Below are positions 17,223 to 28,916 of a DNA stretch of 38,720 bases, piece by piece; within the stretch, counting starts at the first letter, position 1, and every line of letters starts with the position of its first letter. The stretch comes from an uncultured Bifidobacteriaceae bacterium. Its GTDB lineage: Bacteria > Verrucomicrobiota > Verrucomicrobiia > Limisphaerales > JADLHS01. The notes under the pieces were generated by a model. That model worked only from the letters and a program-made list of their open reading frames with translations, was not told the DNA's origin and did not search any database. The stretch lies in NCBI GenBank assembly GCA_964502895.1, contig CAZCZP010000006.1, forward strand, positions 1-38,720, read 5' to 3'. The translations under genes were made by a program, and so were the position numbers.

Positions 17223-18311
17223 TCATTGCTTCGCTCCAGAACGAAGCACCGATTCCACCATCAACCGGGCTGCTTGATTGCACTTCGCCTCCGGATTGCC
17301 CGGCGATTTGTCATGATCGTCAATCAGCGAATCGTTCCAGCAGACGATCAAGTCGAGGCTCGGAAAAACCCAGAGCGTGCGTTTGCCGCCGTGACCGCTG
17401 GCCACATACGCGTCCGGAGGCGCGTCCACTAGAAGCCGTTGCCCCACCTTGTTCGTTCGATTCAGCCACCAGTTGAAACTGTAATAGCCAGGACCAATGG
17501 GCGTGATGTTCTTTCCGCCGCCAATCGAATGTTGGCCCGGCAGCATGTCCGCCTCGCGTCCGCTCGTGAGCGGCGTGTCGGTCGGAATGGCACTGCTGAT
17601 GGCCATGCGGATGAACTCCGGTTGGATCAATTGCTTGTCGCGCCATTTTCCGCCGTGAAGATAGAGCAAACCGATCCGAGCAAAGTCACGCACAGAAAGC
17701 GCCAGTCGTCCGTCACGATCAGGTCGCCGAAATGCGTTGAAGCTGAAGTCATCCTCAAACTGGAGCGGTTCGGCCAAGTGAGTTCGGAGAACCTCCGTGC
17801 CGTTGGTTTTGAAAACCTTGTGCGTGAGCGTGTCGTAATACAACGCGAGCGCGAAGTCGTTATAGGAATACGCCGCACCAGGCGGTTCAACCAGACCGTA
17901 GCCGGAAGTTTGCGACGCCAAATGCCGCCAGGTGATGCCGGCGTCCTTGCCGTCGTTCAAGGACTTGAGCCGCGGCTCCAGGTTGGCCACCAATTCGTCC
18001 ACACTGTTCAACCGGCCCTCCTGCACCGCCACGAGCAGCAGCGTCGAAAGAACCGGCTTGAACGCCGAAGCCACGTCAGAACTTTTCCTTTGATCGCCCC
18101 ACTTATAGACCATGTAACCGTGCCGCACCACGCAGCCTCGGCCGCCTGCCAGCTTGCTCAACGCTTCAAGTTTTTCCCGCGACAAGCCGGCCTGTTCCGG
18201 CTCCCGCGTCTCCCACTGAGTGCCCGGAAAGACACTGGCCGCGGCCCCGCCCGCAAGGGGGAGAGCCGCGCTCAAGCTGAGAGCCAGCAGGATCAGGCGA
18301 TCCATAACCAC
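17223..18311 (-). CDS. Serine hydrolase, beta-lactamase/transpeptidase-like family, secreted
   Basis: Signal peptide, an SxxK motif (SAFK in DVASAFKPVLSTLL) and a YxN motif (YSYNDF). About 360 aa. Confidence 0.8.
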   Translation of the reverse strand: MVMDRLILLALSLSAALPLAGGAAASVFPGTQWETREPEQAGLSREKLEALSKLAGGRGCVVRHGYMVYKWGDQRKSSDVASAFKPVLSTLLLVAVQEGRLNSVDELVANLEPRLKSLNDGKDAGITWRHLASQTSGYGLVEPPGAAYSYNDFALALYYDTLTHKVFKTNGTEVLRTHLAEPLQFEDDFSFNAFRRPDRDGRLALSVRDFARIGLLYLHGGKWRDKQLIQPEFIRMAISSAIPTDTPLTSGREADMLPGQHSIGGGKNITPIGPGYYSFNWWLNRTNKVGQRLLVDAPPDAYVASGHGGKRTLWVFPSLDLIVCWNDSLIDDHDKSPGNPEAKCNQAARLMVESVLRSGAKQ

Positions 18312-18416
18312 GTGGGATCGAAATTAGCGCGGAGATACTTCATCGCAAATCATTATCCTCGCTCGCATCGGCAACCGAAAATCATCGGTCGCGTTTGAAT
18401 TCATGAATCAGGAAAC

Positions 18417-19979
18417 TCACCAATCCGTCTCGCGAAAGTCCTTTAGAAACTTTCCCCACACGTGTTCGCCCGAGTTGAAGCCAGTGATGATCGGATCGAG
18501 AATCCGCGCCGCACCATCAACGATGTCCAGCGGCGGATGAAAGCGGTGTTCTTCCGTCTTGCGCGCCGCAATATGCACCGGGTCTTCGTCCGTGACCCAG
18601 CCCGTGTCCACGGCGTTCATGTGGATGCCGTCCGCCTGATATTCCGCGGCCGACGTGCGCGTCATCATGTTCAGCGCCGCCTTCGCCATGTTGGTGTGCG
18701 GATGGCGCGTGGTTTTGAACTTGCGATAAAATTGTCCTTCCACCGCAGATACGTTCACGATGTGTTTGTCGCGCTCCGGCGTGCGGAGCATGAGCGGTTT
18801 CAATCGCGCATTCAAAATGAACGGTGCGATGGCATTCACCAGGTGGACTTCCAACAATTCCACCGACGGCACCTCCGCGAGCAACAGCCGCCACGAGTTG
18901 CGGTCGCGCAAATCCACCTGCTGTAAATCCTGGTCGAGCCGCCCGGCCGGAAACAACGCTTGTTGCGCCGCGAGTTCATCCGGCAACAGCGGTACCTGCG
19001 ACAATTCCGCAGCATGCGTGAGGCCGGCAACTTCCGACATGCGCCGTTGCGCGAGCGACGAATCGCCATCCGGCAGCATGTGGTAGCCGCGCAAACCCTC
19101 GTAGGCGCCGAGTAATGCGCGCACGTTCTCCGGCATGCCGCCCGGCGATGCCGTCTCCCGCTCCATCATGTGCTGATAAAATTCTGGAGGTCGCCGCACG
19201 GTCTGGCAGGCGTTGTTGATGATGAAATCCAGCCGCGAATGCGTTGCCAGCAAATGCCGGCAAAACGCCTCCACGCTCGGAGTGTGGCGCAAATCCAGCC
19301 CGAAGATTTCCAGCCGATGCCCCCACTCCTTGAAATCCGCCTCAGCCGCGTAGCGCATCGCTGAGTCCCGCGGGAAGCGAGTGCTGACGATCAAGCGAGC
19401 ACCCGCGCGCAACAATTTGATACCCGCCTGATAGCCGATCTTCACACGCCCGCCTGTAAGCAGCGCCACCCGGCCGCGCAAATCCGCGAGTTCGGCGCGC
19501 TTGCGAAAATTCAACTCTGCGCAGGGCGGACATAGCTGGTCGTAGAAATGGTGAATGGTCGAGTAATCCTGCTTGCAGATGTAACAATTCTGCGGCTCGA
19601 CCACTTCGCGAAAGTCAGGGTCGCCACTGACATCCTGTTGTGTGAATTGCTCCGGCGGGAAAACGTTCGGCGTAGTGAACACTTTTTCACGGCGCAGCTT
19701 GCGGATGCCCGTCTCGTTGAGCTTTGACTGGTCGCGCCGGAGTTTGTCTGCTTTGTGCAGTCTCACCTGCGCTTTCACCAACCGCCGGCGTTCGCGAACA
19801 TCAGGACAATAAATATCCCCGGCCGCCTTGAGCAAGCGGGTGCGGTCCTCAACTGATAACTGTGCAAGCATCGCCCGGCTCCTGGCAGCCTGTTCAAGAA
19901 TCTCGACAGCGGCTTTCAGTTGTTCAGCCGGCGAAGCGCACTTTTTTGATTCACCGTTGTTTGAATGTTTTACAGACAT
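18417..19979 (-). CDS. Long SDR-family oxidoreductase with N-terminal charged/helical region and 4-Cys motif
   Basis: Rossmann motif [15 protein letters not shown] and NNAC are present. They are preceded by about 170 aa that include C-x2-C-x14-C-x2-C ([22 protein letters not shown]). A large insertion lies between NNAC and the active-site region. Confidence 0.8.
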   Translation of the reverse strand: MSVKHSNNGESKKCASPAEQLKAAVEILEQAARSRAMLAQLSVEDRTRLLKAAGDIYCPDVRERRRLVKAQVRLHKADKLRRDQSKLNETGIRKLRREKVFTTPNVFPPEQFTQQDVSGDPDFREVVEPQNCYICKQDYSTIHHFYDQLCPPCAELNFRKRAELADLRGRVALLTGGRVKIGYQAGIKLLRAGARLIVSTRFPRDSAMRYAAEADFKEWGHRLEIFGLDLRHTPSVEAFCRHLLATHSRLDFIINNACQTVRRPPEFYQHMMERETASPGGMPENVRALLGAYEGLRGYHMLPDGDSSLAQRRMSEVAGLTHAAELSQVPLLPDELAAQQALFPAGRLDQDLQQVDLRDRNSWRLLLAEVPSVELLEVHLVNAIAPFILNARLKPLMLRTPERDKHIVNVSAVEGQFYRKFKTTRHPHTNMAKAALNMMTRTSAAEYQADGIHMNAVDTGWVTDEDPVHIAARKTEEHRFHPPLDIVDGAARILDPIITGFNSGEHVWGKFLKDFRETDW

Positions 19980-20085
19980 TTCGATACTCGGTGAAAAACG
20001 ATAACGGTGCGGTGAAGTGCATGCGAATCAAAACCAACCTCGCGTGGCCAGCCCCGAGTGGGTACGAGAATCCCGCGCAAAATCG

Positions 20086-21570
20086 TTACGGTAGATTCGT
20101 TGCGCCCATCAGGTAACGATCACACTCACGCGCGGCGCCACGACCTTCGTTAAAGGCCCAGACAACGAGACTCTGGCCGCGACGGCAATCGCCGGCGGCA
20201 AAGACGCCTTTGATGTTGGTCGAGTATTTCTCGAACTCGGCTTTCACGTTGGTGCGCGGGTCGCGTTCGAGATTGAGCGCATCGAGTAACGGTTGTTCCG
20301 GTCCCAGGAAGCCCATCGCGAGCAGCACCAATTGAGCGGGCAACACTTTTTCCGTGCCGGGCACGTTCTTGGGAATGAACTGGCCCTTGTCGTTTCGCTC
20401 CCACCGCACCTGCACGGTGTGAACAGCTTTGACATGGCCGTTTGCGTCGCCCTCGAATTTCGTGGCGGTGGTGAGATACACCCGCGGGTCGTCGCCAAAT
20501 TTTGCAGCGGCTTCTTCCTGGCCGTAATCAAGCTTGTAAACTTTGGGCCACTCCGGCCAGGGATTGTCCTTGGCGCGTTCCTCCGGCGGGCGCGGCAGGA
20601 TTTCCACCTGCACGAGACTCTTGCAGCCGTGCCGCATCGAAGTGCCAACGCAGTCCGTGCCCGTATCGCCGCCGCCGATGACAATCACGTCCTTGCCGGT
20701 GGCGTCAATGAAGCTGCCGTTCTTGTGTCCGTCGAGAACACTCCGGGTGTTCGCCGTGAGGAATTCCATCGCGAAGTGAACGCCTTTGAGTTCGCGACCG
20801 GGAATCGGCAGATCACGCGGTTTGGTGGCACCCGTGCAAAGAACCGTTGCATCGAAATCCTTGAGCAGTTTCGCAGCGGCAAAGTTTTTCCCGACCTCGG
20901 TGTGACAGGCGAAGACCACTCCTTCGTCCTCCATCTGTTTGATGCGGCGCAGCACGACTTCCTGCTTGTCGAGCTTCATGTTCGGGATGCCGTACATCAA
21001 CAACCCACCGGGACGATCTTCTCGCTCGAAGACTGTGACGAGATGACCGGCCCGGTTAAGTTGTGCGGCGGCGCACAGACCTGCAGGTCCTGAGCCGACA
21101 ACGGCAACTTTTTTCCCAGTACGCTTCTTCGGCGGTTCCGGCACGACCCAGCCCTCCGCCCAGCCGCGGTCAATAATCTCGCACTCGATGGTTTTGATGG
21201 TAACGGGTGGCGCATTGATGCCCAGCACGCACGAGCCTTCGCACGGCGCCGGGCAAACACGGCCCGTGAAATCGGGAAAATTGTTGGTCTTGTGCAGCCG
21301 TTCCAACGCTTCCTTCCACAGCCCGCGATAAACAAGATCGTTCCACTCCGGAATCAGGTTATGAATCGGGCAGCCACTGGCCATGCCGCTGACGAGCTGG
21401 CCGGTGTGGCAGAAGGGAACTCCGCAATCCATGCAGCGCGCGCCCTGCTGACGCAGCTTGGCCTCCGGCATGTGGAAGTGAAATTCCTTCCAGTCCGCTA
21501 TCCGCTCCTTCGGGGTGCGGTCTTGCGGCAGTTCGCGTAGATACTCGATGAATCCTGTGGGTTTGCCCAT
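20086..21570 (-). CDS. gltD: Glutamate synthase (NADPH) small subunit
   Basis: Motifs [10 protein letters not shown], Fe-S cysteines CMDCGVPFC / CPAPCEGSC, dinucleotide fold [15 protein letters not shown] and AAGDCRRG. Confidence 0.95.
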   Translation of the reverse strand: MGKPTGFIEYLRELPQDRTPKERIADWKEFHFHMPEAKLRQQGARCMDCGVPFCHTGQLVSGMASGCPIHNLIPEWNDLVYRGLWKEALERLHKTNNFPDFTGRVCPAPCEGSCVLGINAPPVTIKTIECEIIDRGWAEGWVVPEPPKKRTGKKVAVVGSGPAGLCAAAQLNRAGHLVTVFEREDRPGGLLMYGIPNMKLDKQEVVLRRIKQMEDEGVVFACHTEVGKNFAAAKLLKDFDATVLCTGATKPRDLPIPGRELKGVHFAMEFLTANTRSVLDGHKNGSFIDATGKDVIVIGGGDTGTDCVGTSMRHGCKSLVQVEILPRPPEERAKDNPWPEWPKVYKLDYGQEEAAAKFGDDPRVYLTTATKFEGDANGHVKAVHTVQVRWERNDKGQFIPKNVPGTEKVLPAQLVLLAMGFLGPEQPLLDALNLERDPRTNVKAEFEKYSTNIKGVFAAGDCRRGQSLVVWAFNEGRGAARECDRYLMGATNLP

Positions 21571-21603
21571 CTTCCAACTTTCTGATTTTAGACCGAATTG
21601 AAA

Positions 21604-24600
21604 CTAACCGCCGCCCACGCGCGCCACGTCGCGGGCATTTTCCTCGAACGCGGCCATAATCGCGTCGTCGCCACTCAGGCCCTGCGATTGCACTTTCTTG
21701 AGAGACTGCAAGACGCGCTGGTAATCCTTCGGCATGACCCGCACGAATTTCGGCACATAGGACTTCCAGTCCGCCAGGATTTTCGCCGCCCTTTCGCTCT
21801 TCGTGTAAGTCTGGTGGCGCTGAATCATCTTCCAGACCGCTTCGATCTCGTCCGCATCCTGGAGTTTTTCCAATCCTACCATTTGTTGGTTGCAGCGTTT
21901 CGGAAAACCTCCGGTCTCGTCGAGCACGTAAGCCACACCACCGCTCATGCCGGCGGCAAAATTGCGTCCGGTCGGGCCGAGAATCACCACGCGGCCGCCG
22001 GTCATGTATTCACAGCCGTGGTCGCCGACGGACTCGACGACCGCCGTGACGCCGGAGTTGCGCACGCAGAAGCGTTCGCCCGCCATGCCGCGGATATAAG
22101 CCTCGCCTCCGGTGGCGCCGTAAAGCGCCACGTTGCCAACAATGATGTTTTCTTCCGGGACAAACGTGGCCTGCTCCGATGGATAGACAATGATTTTGCC
22201 GCCGGACAAACCTTTGCCCACGTAATCGTTTGCGTCGCCTTCGAGCATGAACGTCATTCCCTTGGGCATGAACGCGCCGAAACTCTGGCCCGCGCTGCCG
22301 GTAAAGTTGATTTCAATCGTGTCCTCCGGCAAACCTTCCACGCCCCAACGCCGCGTGACTTCGCTGCCAACGATCGTGCCAACGACACGGTTCACGTTGC
22401 GGATGGGCAGCACGGCAACAACTTTTTCCTGCCGCTCGATGGCTGGCTCGCAGAGTTTGAGCAGCACGGTGTTGTCGAGCGCTTTGTCCAGACCGTGGTC
22501 CTGCGCCATGGTGCAAAAGCGGCCCACGTCAGTGGGGACTTCCGGCACGTGAAGAATTTTGGAGAAATCCAGGCCCTTGGCCTTCCAATGCTCCACAGCC
22601 TGCTTTACTTCCAGGCGGTCCACGCGCCCGATCATTTTGTTGAGTTGCTTGAAACCCAGTTGTGCCATGATCTCGCGGACTTCCTGCGCAATGAAACGCA
22701 TGAAATTCTCGACGTCCTCCGGCCGGCCGACAAATCGCTTGCGCAACTCGGGGTCCTGTGTGGCGACGCCTACAGGGCAGGTGTTCAAGTGGCAAACCCG
22801 CATCATGATGCAACCCATCGCCACGAGCGGCGCAGTAGCGAAGCCGAATTCCTCGGCGCCCAACAGCGCGGCGACAACTACATCGCGACCCGTCTTCAAC
22901 TGGCCGTCGGTCTCGACGATGATCCGCGAGCGAAGATTGTTAAGCACGAGCGTCTGGTGCGTTTCGGCCAGGCCAAGCTCCCACGGAATGCCCGCGTGCT
23001 TGATCGAAGTCTGCGGCGACGCGCCCGTGCCGCCGTCGTGTCCGCTGATGAGCACCACGTCGGCGTGCGCCTTGGCGACGCCAGCCGCGATGGTGCCCAC
23101 GCCAACCTCGGCCACGAGTTTTACACTGATGCGCGCGTGGTGATTCGCGTTCTTCAAGTCGTGAATCAACTCCGCCAGGTCCTCGATGGAGTAAATGTCG
23201 TGATGAGGCGGCGGAGAAATCAATCCCACGCCAGGAGTTGAATGCCGTACGCGCGCAATCCACGGATAAACTTTCGCCCCGGGCAACTGGCCGCCTTCAC
23301 CGGGCTTGGCGCCCTGGGCCATTTTGATCTGAAGTTCCTTTGCTTTGACAAGATAGAGGCTCGTCACGCCGAACCGGCCGCTTGCGACCTGCTTGATCGC
23401 GGAATTCTTCGAGTCACCATTTGGCTCAAGGTTGTAGCGCTCGGGGTCTTCGCCGCCTTCGCCGGTGTTGCTCTTGCCGCCGATGCGGTTCATGGCCACC
23501 GCCAGCGTTTCGTGGGCTTCCTTGCTGATCGAGCCGTAGCTCATGGCGCCGGATTTGAAGCGGCGCATGATGCTGTCAACCGATTCAACCTCTTCAATTG
23601 GAACTGGCTTGGAGTTCTTGAAATCCAACAGGCCGCGCAGTGTACACCAGCTCTTTGTCTGCTCGTTGACGAGTGCTGAGTATTCTTTGAACGTTTTGAA
23701 ATCAGTCGTCCGGACGGCCTTCTGCAACTTGTGAATCGTCTGCGGATTAAACAGATGATACTCGCCGTCGTCGCGCCACTGATATTGTCCGCCCGCGTCG
23801 AGCGCGTGGCCGTTGACCTGCCGATCCGGAAACGCGCGTTGATGCCGGGCCAGGACTTCCTGCCCGATCACCTCCAACCCGACGCCTTCGATCCGCGACG
23901 GCGTCCACGTAAAATACTTGTCCACGATTTCCTTCTTCAGGCCGATGGCTTCGAAGATCTGCGCGCCCCAATAACTTTGAATGGTCGAGATGCCCATCTT
24001 CGACGCGACTTTTACGACGCCCTTGATCGCCGCCTTGAGATAATTCTTGCAGGCGGTTTTGTGATCCACCCCCGTCAGCAAGCCCTGGCGAATCATGTCA
24101 TCAAGGGTTTGAAACGCGAGATAGGGATTGATCGCGCCGCAGCCGTAGCCGATGAGCAATGAAAAATGATGCACCTCGCGTGGCTCGCCCGATTCGAGGA
24201 CAAGCCCCACGCGCGTGCGGGTGCCTTCGCGGATCAAATGATGATGCACTCCAGCCACGGCGAGCAGCGACGGAATGGGCGCCCATTCCGGGCTGATGCC
24301 ACGATCCGAGAGCACGACGATGTTGGTGCCGTCGGCAATCGCATGGCTGACCTGCCGGCACAACTTCTCCATGGCCCGCGCCAAACCCGCCGGACCTTCC
24401 GCGGCCTGGAACAGGATCGGCACGGTGGCCGATTTGAATCCGGGCAAGGTGATGTGCTGCAGCTTGGCGAATTCCTCGTTCGTGAGGATGGGCGATTTTA
24501 GCTCAATGAGCTGGCAACTTTCCGGACCGGGCTTCAACAGATTTCGTTCCGACCCAATCGCCGTCTCGGTAGCCGTTATGATTTCCTCGCGGATGCAGTC

Positions 24601-26238
24601 AATCGGAGGGTTCGTGACTTGCGCAAACAGTTGCTTGAAATAATTGAAAAGCGGCTGCGACTTGTTCGAGAGCACCGCCAGCGGCGTGTCGGTGCCCATC
24701 GAACCGACCGCTTCATTGCCGTCGCGCGCCATCGGCGCCATGAGTAACCGCAATTCTTCAAACGTGTAGCCGAAGGCCAGTTGCCGCCGCAGCACCGTTT
24801 GATGTCCGGGGTCGGTCTGGACGCCCGGATCGGGAACATCGGCGAGTCTAATCAGGTTTTCCTTCAACCAGGCGCGATACGGCTTCTCCGTCGAAATGGC
24901 GTTCTTGATTTCCTCGTCCGCCACAATGCGGCCTTGCTCGGTGTCCACGAGGAACATGCGGCCCGGCTGGAGGCGGCCTTTTTGCAGCACACGATCCGGC
25001 GGCACGTCCAGCACACCGACTTCGCTGGCCATGATGACCAGGTCGTCCTTGGTGACGTAATAACGCGAAGGCCGCAGGCCGTTGCGGTCGAGCACGGCGC
25101 CAATCTTCTTGCCGTCGGTAAAAGCAATTGAAGCCGGACCGTCCCACGGCTCCATCAAGCACGAATGAAATTCGTAAAACGCCTTCTTCTCGTCACTCAT
25201 GCTCTCGTGCTTCGACCACGGCTCGGGAATCATCATCATGATCGCGTGCGGCAACGAGCGGCCAGCCAGCACGAGCAGTTCAAGGCAGTTATCGAACATC
25301 GCCGAATCACTGCCGTCAGTGTTGATGATCGGCAGGATTTTCTTGATGTCGTCGCCGAACAGCTCGCTCTCGAAAATCGCCTCGCGCGCCTTCATCCAGT
25401 TGACGTTGCCGCGCAGCGTGTTGATTTCGCCGTTGTGCGCGATGTAGCGGTTCGGGTGCGCGCGATTCCAGCTTGGAAATGTGTTCGTCGAAAAGCGCGA
25501 GTGAACCAGCGCCAGCGCGGAAGTCATCGCCGGGTGCGTGAGGTCCGGGTAATAAGTTCCAAGCTGCTCGGTGGTCAACATTCCTTTGTACACCACCGTC
25601 TTGAACGACAGGCTGGAAATGTAAAATGATTCGCCGCCGTTCACCTTGCCCGAATAGCGGATGGCGTTCTCGGCGCGCTTGCGAATGACGTAGAGCTTGC
25701 GCTCGAAGGCCAGGTCATCGGCCAGCTTTGCATCGCGTCCGACAAAAACCTGGCGCATGAGTGGCTCGGAAGCCTTCGCGGTGTTGCCGAGTGAGTTGTT
25801 GTCGGTAGGCACGGTGCGCCAGCCAAGAACTTTTTGCCCTTCCTCGGCCACGATACCTGCGAAAATCTTCTCGCACTCGGCGCGCTGCTTCTTGTCTTGC
25901 GGCAGGAAAATCATCCCCACGCCGTACTCGCCGGCACCGGGCAGTTTGACCTTGGCCTCCTTGGAAACCAGTTTCAGGAATTCGTGCGGCGTCTGGATCA
26001 GGATACCCGCGCCATCGCCGGTGTTGGCTTCGCAGCCGCACGCGCCCCGATGATCGAGGTTCAACAAAATCTGAAGCCCCTGTGTGATGATGGTGTGGGA
26101 CTTTGCCCCCTTGATGTTGACGACGAATCCAACTCCGCACGCTTCGTGCTCGAACTGCGGATCATAAAGTCCCTGCTTGGGCGGGGGTTTGGCCCACATC
26201 GGGCCACTCGGTTTTTGCGGTTGTTGTCTGTCTGTCAT
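21604..26238 (-). CDS. gltB: Glutamate synthase large subunit
   Basis: 1544 aa. It has the N-terminal amidotransferase Cys (EHEACGVGF), the FMN/synthase domain ([12 protein letters not shown]) and a C-terminal GXGXG-type domain. It lies immediately upstream of gltD on the same strand. Confidence 0.97.
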   Translation of the reverse strand: MTDRQQPQKPSGPMWAKPPPKQGLYDPQFEHEACGVGFVVNIKGAKSHTIITQGLQILLNLDHRGACGCEANTGDGAGILIQTPHEFLKLVSKEAKVKLPGAGEYGVGMIFLPQDKKQRAECEKIFAGIVAEEGQKVLGWRTVPTDNNSLGNTAKASEPLMRQVFVGRDAKLADDLAFERKLYVIRKRAENAIRYSGKVNGGESFYISSLSFKTVVYKGMLTTEQLGTYYPDLTHPAMTSALALVHSRFSTNTFPSWNRAHPNRYIAHNGEINTLRGNVNWMKAREAIFESELFGDDIKKILPIINTDGSDSAMFDNCLELLVLAGRSLPHAIMMMIPEPWSKHESMSDEKKAFYEFHSCLMEPWDGPASIAFTDGKKIGAVLDRNGLRPSRYYVTKDDLVIMASEVGVLDVPPDRVLQKGRLQPGRMFLVDTEQGRIVADEEIKNAISTEKPYRAWLKENLIRLADVPDPGVQTDPGHQTVLRRQLAFGYTFEELRLLMAPMARDGNEAVGSMGTDTPLAVLSNKSQPLFNYFKQLFAQVTNPPIDCIREEIITATETAIGSERNLLKPGPESCQLIELKSPILTNEEFAKLQHITLPGFKSATVPILFQAAEGPAGLARAMEKLCRQVSHAIADGTNIVVLSDRGISPEWAPIPSLLAVAGVHHHLIREGTRTRVGLVLESGEPREVHHFSLLIGYGCGAINPYLAFQTLDDMIRQGLLTGVDHKTACKNYLKAAIKGVVKVASKMGISTIQSYWGAQIFEAIGLKKEIVDKYFTWTPSRIEGVGLEVIGQEVLARHQRAFPDRQVNGHALDAGGQYQWRDDGEYHLFNPQTIHKLQKAVRTTDFKTFKEYSALVNEQTKSWCTLRGLLDFKNSKPVPIEEVESVDSIMRRFKSGAMSYGSISKEAHETLAVAMNRIGGKSNTGEGGEDPERYNLEPNGDSKNSAIKQVASGRFGVTSLYLVKAKELQIKMAQGAKPGEGGQLPGAKVYPWIARVRHSTPGVGLISPPPHHDIYSIEDLAELIHDLKNANHHARISVKLVAEVGVGTIAAGVAKAHADVVLISGHDGGTGASPQTSIKHAGIPWELGLAETHQTLVLNNLRSRIIVETDGQLKTGRDVVVAALLGAEEFGFATAPLVAMGCIMMRVCHLNTCPVGVATQDPELRKRFVGRPEDVENFMRFIAQEVREIMAQLGFKQLNKMIGRVDRLEVKQAVEHWKAKGLDFSKILHVPEVPTDVGRFCTMAQDHGLDKALDNTVLLKLCEPAIERQEKVVAVLPIRNVNRVVGTIVGSEVTRRWGVEGLPEDTIEINFTGSAGQSFGAFMPKGMTFMLEGDANDYVGKGLSGGKIIVYPSEQATFVPEENIIVGNVALYGATGGEAYIRGMAGERFCVRNSGVTAVVESVGDHGCEYMTGGRVVILGPTGRNFAAGMSGGVAYVLDETGGFPKRCNQQMVGLEKLQDADEIEAVWKMIQRHQTYTKSERAAKILADWKSYVPKFVRVMPKDYQRVLQSLKKVQSQGLSGDDAIMAAFEENARDVARVGGG

Positions 26239-26395
26239 TTGGTTTCGCCGTCGTTCCGGTAAAATTTAGATATTTTTTACCCGAACCACCGGCCCGCGCA
26301 ATAAATCATTTCAAAAACTTCGCTGTTCGCGCTCTAGCCCAAACTCGTTTTTGCGCCCGGATCAAGCCGCGACCGCCCGGAACCCGGCTGATAAC

Positions 26396-27877
26396 TCAAC
26401 TGTCCGGGGTGAATTGAAACAACTGTGCTCCGTGGCCGGCCACATCCAGAAAAAGTCCCTGCTCCGCCAGATCGCTGCCCGCACGGACGTAAGCTTCCGC
26501 GCCCAGCGCATCGCGCATGGACCAGTTGAACTCAGTCAAGCGGGGCACGCTCAAAGGCACGTAACATTGACTCGGGTGCGGCGCGAGGTTGACCACCACC
26601 ACATCAAAGTCCGGCGGCTGCACCTGCCATTGCGCCATGATGAAGTTCTGCCCGCTGGGATTTCCCGGCCAAGCCTCGCGCGGAAACAGAATTTTGCAGT
26701 CGCCCCGCCCCACTGCACTCGCGCGCAAGGTCGTCAACATCGCTTCGTACATTTTCTGCACGTCAGTTAGCGGCAGTTCGGCAGCACGACGACCGAGCTG
26801 TACCGGCGACTTGGTTCGCGCGCCGGTCAATTGTCCTTCGTGGAGAAAGCGCATTCCCGGCAAACCCAGAACCACCAACGCTCCTGCCCGATGTTCCGAA
26901 AATGAAAGCGATGCAGCTATGCGAGGTTCGTCATGATTCTCCAGAAAGTGCGCGCTGGCGGCTACAAACTTTGGCGGTAACTCCAGCAAGCGCCTCTGCG
27001 CGCCGACTGGATTGCGCCGGACTAAATCGTCGTAAAGATGTTTGTCGTATGTGAAATCGAAGCCGAGCGCTTGCAATCGCTCTTCCAGCTCCCAATAGAC
27101 TTCCGCGAGGAAAATAAATTCCGGATGCAAGACTTTGACAGCGGGGATCGCCTCGGCCCAGAACTCGGCCTTGGGTGGGGCACCGCCAAACGGAAACTCT
27201 CTCCATGTCCACGCGAACACGTCGTTGAGCAATAGCATCGCCATGTCGCAGCGAACGCCGTCGCAGCGTCTGGCCACGGAGAGGAGTTGCTCCTGCATCG
27301 CGGTGCGCGTGGCGGCGTGGCGGTAATCCAACTGCGCCACATCTGTCCAGGCGGGAAAATATGGATCCTTGCCGTGGGCAATCCATCGTACGCCCACGGA
27401 CATCTGTTGCGCGAATGTCCCTTCACGTTCCGTCGGACTTTGCACAAACAATTCCGGCCGTTCGCTCACCCACGAATGATCAATGCCCAGGTGGTTCGGC
27501 ACGAAGTCCAAAATCAATTTCAAGCCGGCGCGGTGAAGGCGTGTGCGAAATTCCTGGAGGCCGGCTTCGCCGCCGAGCGCGGGTGGCACTTCATATTTCG
27601 CAACGGAATAAGGCGAGCCGGCAACATCCGCCTCGCGCCAGCCGGGCAGAGATTCATCGTAGGCACGGCGCAGATTTGGCTCGTTCAATGCCAGTTCGCG
27701 CGCGCGTGGACCGGTCGTCCAGACGCCCATGAGCCAGATGTGCGTGAAGCCGAGCCTTTGCCATTGGGCGAATTCCCGAGCCGGGATGTTAGCCAGCGTG
27801 ACGGGATCGCCGAGTTGGTCAGACAACTCGCGCAACCAGCAGCGCGTGTTGATTTCGTAGAGGATGGGATGGTTCAT
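26396..27877 (-). CDS. GH13 alpha-amylase-family glycoside hydrolase (cytoplasmic)
   Basis: The four conserved GH13 regions are present: LILDFVPNH, GVRCDMA, FLAEVYWE and FLENHDEPR. No signal peptide. The start is taken at ATG 27877; the ORF extends to TTG 27946. Confidence 0.85.
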   Translation of the reverse strand: MNHPILYEINTRCWLRELSDQLGDPVTLANIPAREFAQWQRLGFTHIWLMGVWTTGPRARELALNEPNLRRAYDESLPGWREADVAGSPYSVAKYEVPPALGGEAGLQEFRTRLHRAGLKLILDFVPNHLGIDHSWVSERPELFVQSPTEREGTFAQQMSVGVRWIAHGKDPYFPAWTDVAQLDYRHAATRTAMQEQLLSVARRCDGVRCDMAMLLLNDVFAWTWREFPFGGAPPKAEFWAEAIPAVKVLHPEFIFLAEVYWELEERLQALGFDFTYDKHLYDDLVRRNPVGAQRRLLELPPKFVAASAHFLENHDEPRIAASLSFSEHRAGALVVLGLPGMRFLHEGQLTGARTKSPVQLGRRAAELPLTDVQKMYEAMLTTLRASAVGRGDCKILFPREAWPGNPSGQNFIMAQWQVQPPDFDVVVVNLAPHPSQCYVPLSVPRLTEFNWSMRDALGAEAYVRAGSDLAEQGLFLDVAGHGAQLFQFTPDS

Positions 27878-27956
27878 ATCGTGGGCTCTCCCGGCGGAAT
27901 CCAAACGCGGTTCGCAGTGAAACCCGTGGCTGGTTTCATGTTCCAAGGTTTGTTCA

Positions 27957-28349
27957 TCACGAGTTCAACACCTTCAACGCCTTCTTTGCATCCTGCACGC
28001 GCAGGATGAGCAATCCCTTTTTTGCATCCGGTGGTGTCGCGCAGTAGGCGTACTCGATGTTGACCTTCGCGCGGGACAACTGGTGCGCGATCTTTGCCAG
28101 CGAGCCCGGTTTGTTGTCGCCCTCGATCAGCAGCACGTCGTCTTCGACCACCAACGTGCCGCGCTCTTCAAACACATGCAGGGCCTTCCGGTAGTCGCCC
28201 ACCACCATACGCATGACCGTGTGGTCCACGGTGTCGCTGGTCGAGATGGCGTAGATGTTGATTTTATTTTCGGCGAGCGCGTCACACACGCGCGCCATCG
28301 TGCCGGGCCGGTTTTCCAGGAAGATCGCCAGTTGTTTGGTAATGTGCAT
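27957..28349 (-). CDS. Tandem ACT-domain (amino-acid-binding) protein
   Basis: 130 aa with two beta-alpha-beta-beta-alpha-beta-like halves (LAIFLENRPGTMARVCDALAENKINIYAIS and LLIEGDNKPGSLAKIAHQLSRAKVNIEYAY). Confidence 0.8.
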   Translation of the reverse strand: MHITKQLAIFLENRPGTMARVCDALAENKINIYAISTSDTVDHTVMRMVVGDYRKALHVFEERGTLVVEDDVLLIEGDNKPGSLAKIAHQLSRAKVNIEYAYCATPPDAKKGLLILRVQDAKKALKVLNS

Positions 28350-28493
28350 AGTTCAATTCCGGTTGAAGGTGGGGTGCCGACGAACTTACGGCGGAGCATA
28401 TCACGGGCGTGCTGAATGGCAAAACTGAAACAGCGATCGCCAATCCAATCATAACGAGTCTGTGATTGTTGAATTCGATCCGACTGGGTAAGG

Positions 28494-28787
28494 TTGCGCG
28501 TGATCAATAACGCCTCCAACCGCCGCTGGTTTGGCGCGCTGTGCTTGCTGGCCGCGATCGCCATGCTCGTGGTGGACGAGTATTTGATCCGAGGACGGCT
28601 CGGGGATTTCGGAAAACTGGCGTATTGGCTGGTTTGTTTCGTGTTCACTTTGCTGGCGATTATTGCCGCGTTTCTTGACATTCGCGCGGTGCGGCGTTCC
28701 ATCCGCGCCGAACAGCGGGCTTTGTTCGAGAGCACGCTTCAGAACGTTTCCAAGAAACAGCCAGGCAAATCGAGCGATCCCGAATAA
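28494..28787 (+). CDS. Small membrane protein (2 predicted TM helices), hypothetical
   Basis: Two hydrophobic helices (WFGALCLLAAIAMLVV and LAYWLVCFVFTLLAIIAAFL) and a charged C-tail. The start is non-ATG (TTG 28494 or GTG 28500). Support is ORF plus topology only. Confidence 0.45.
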   Translation: MRVINNASNRRWFGALCLLAAIAMLVVDEYLIRGRLGDFGKLAYWLVCFVFTLLAIIAAFLDIRAVRRSIRAEQRALFESTLQNVSKKQPGKSSDPE

Positions 28788-28916
28788 GCCGCGCGAAAGT
28801 TGCGTGGTGGCGCCGGCCATCCCACGCTTGGGCGGACCTCAGGGGCAGTTTTCGGCTTGCGGCTTTTCCCGATTGCTTCCCGGCAGGATTTTTGCTCCAT
28901 TTCCAAGTGTCTGATC

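Noticed and set aside
17439-18398. 319-aa plus-strand ORF
   Set aside because: It is antisense to the serine hydrolase (SxxK/YxN motifs on the minus strand). The translation is Arg-rich and motif-less.
21598-23241. 547-aa plus-strand ORF, plus several further plus-strand ORFs of 100-160 aa up to 26262
   Set aside because: All lie antisense within gltB, whose 1544-aa translation is unambiguous. They are shadow ORFs.
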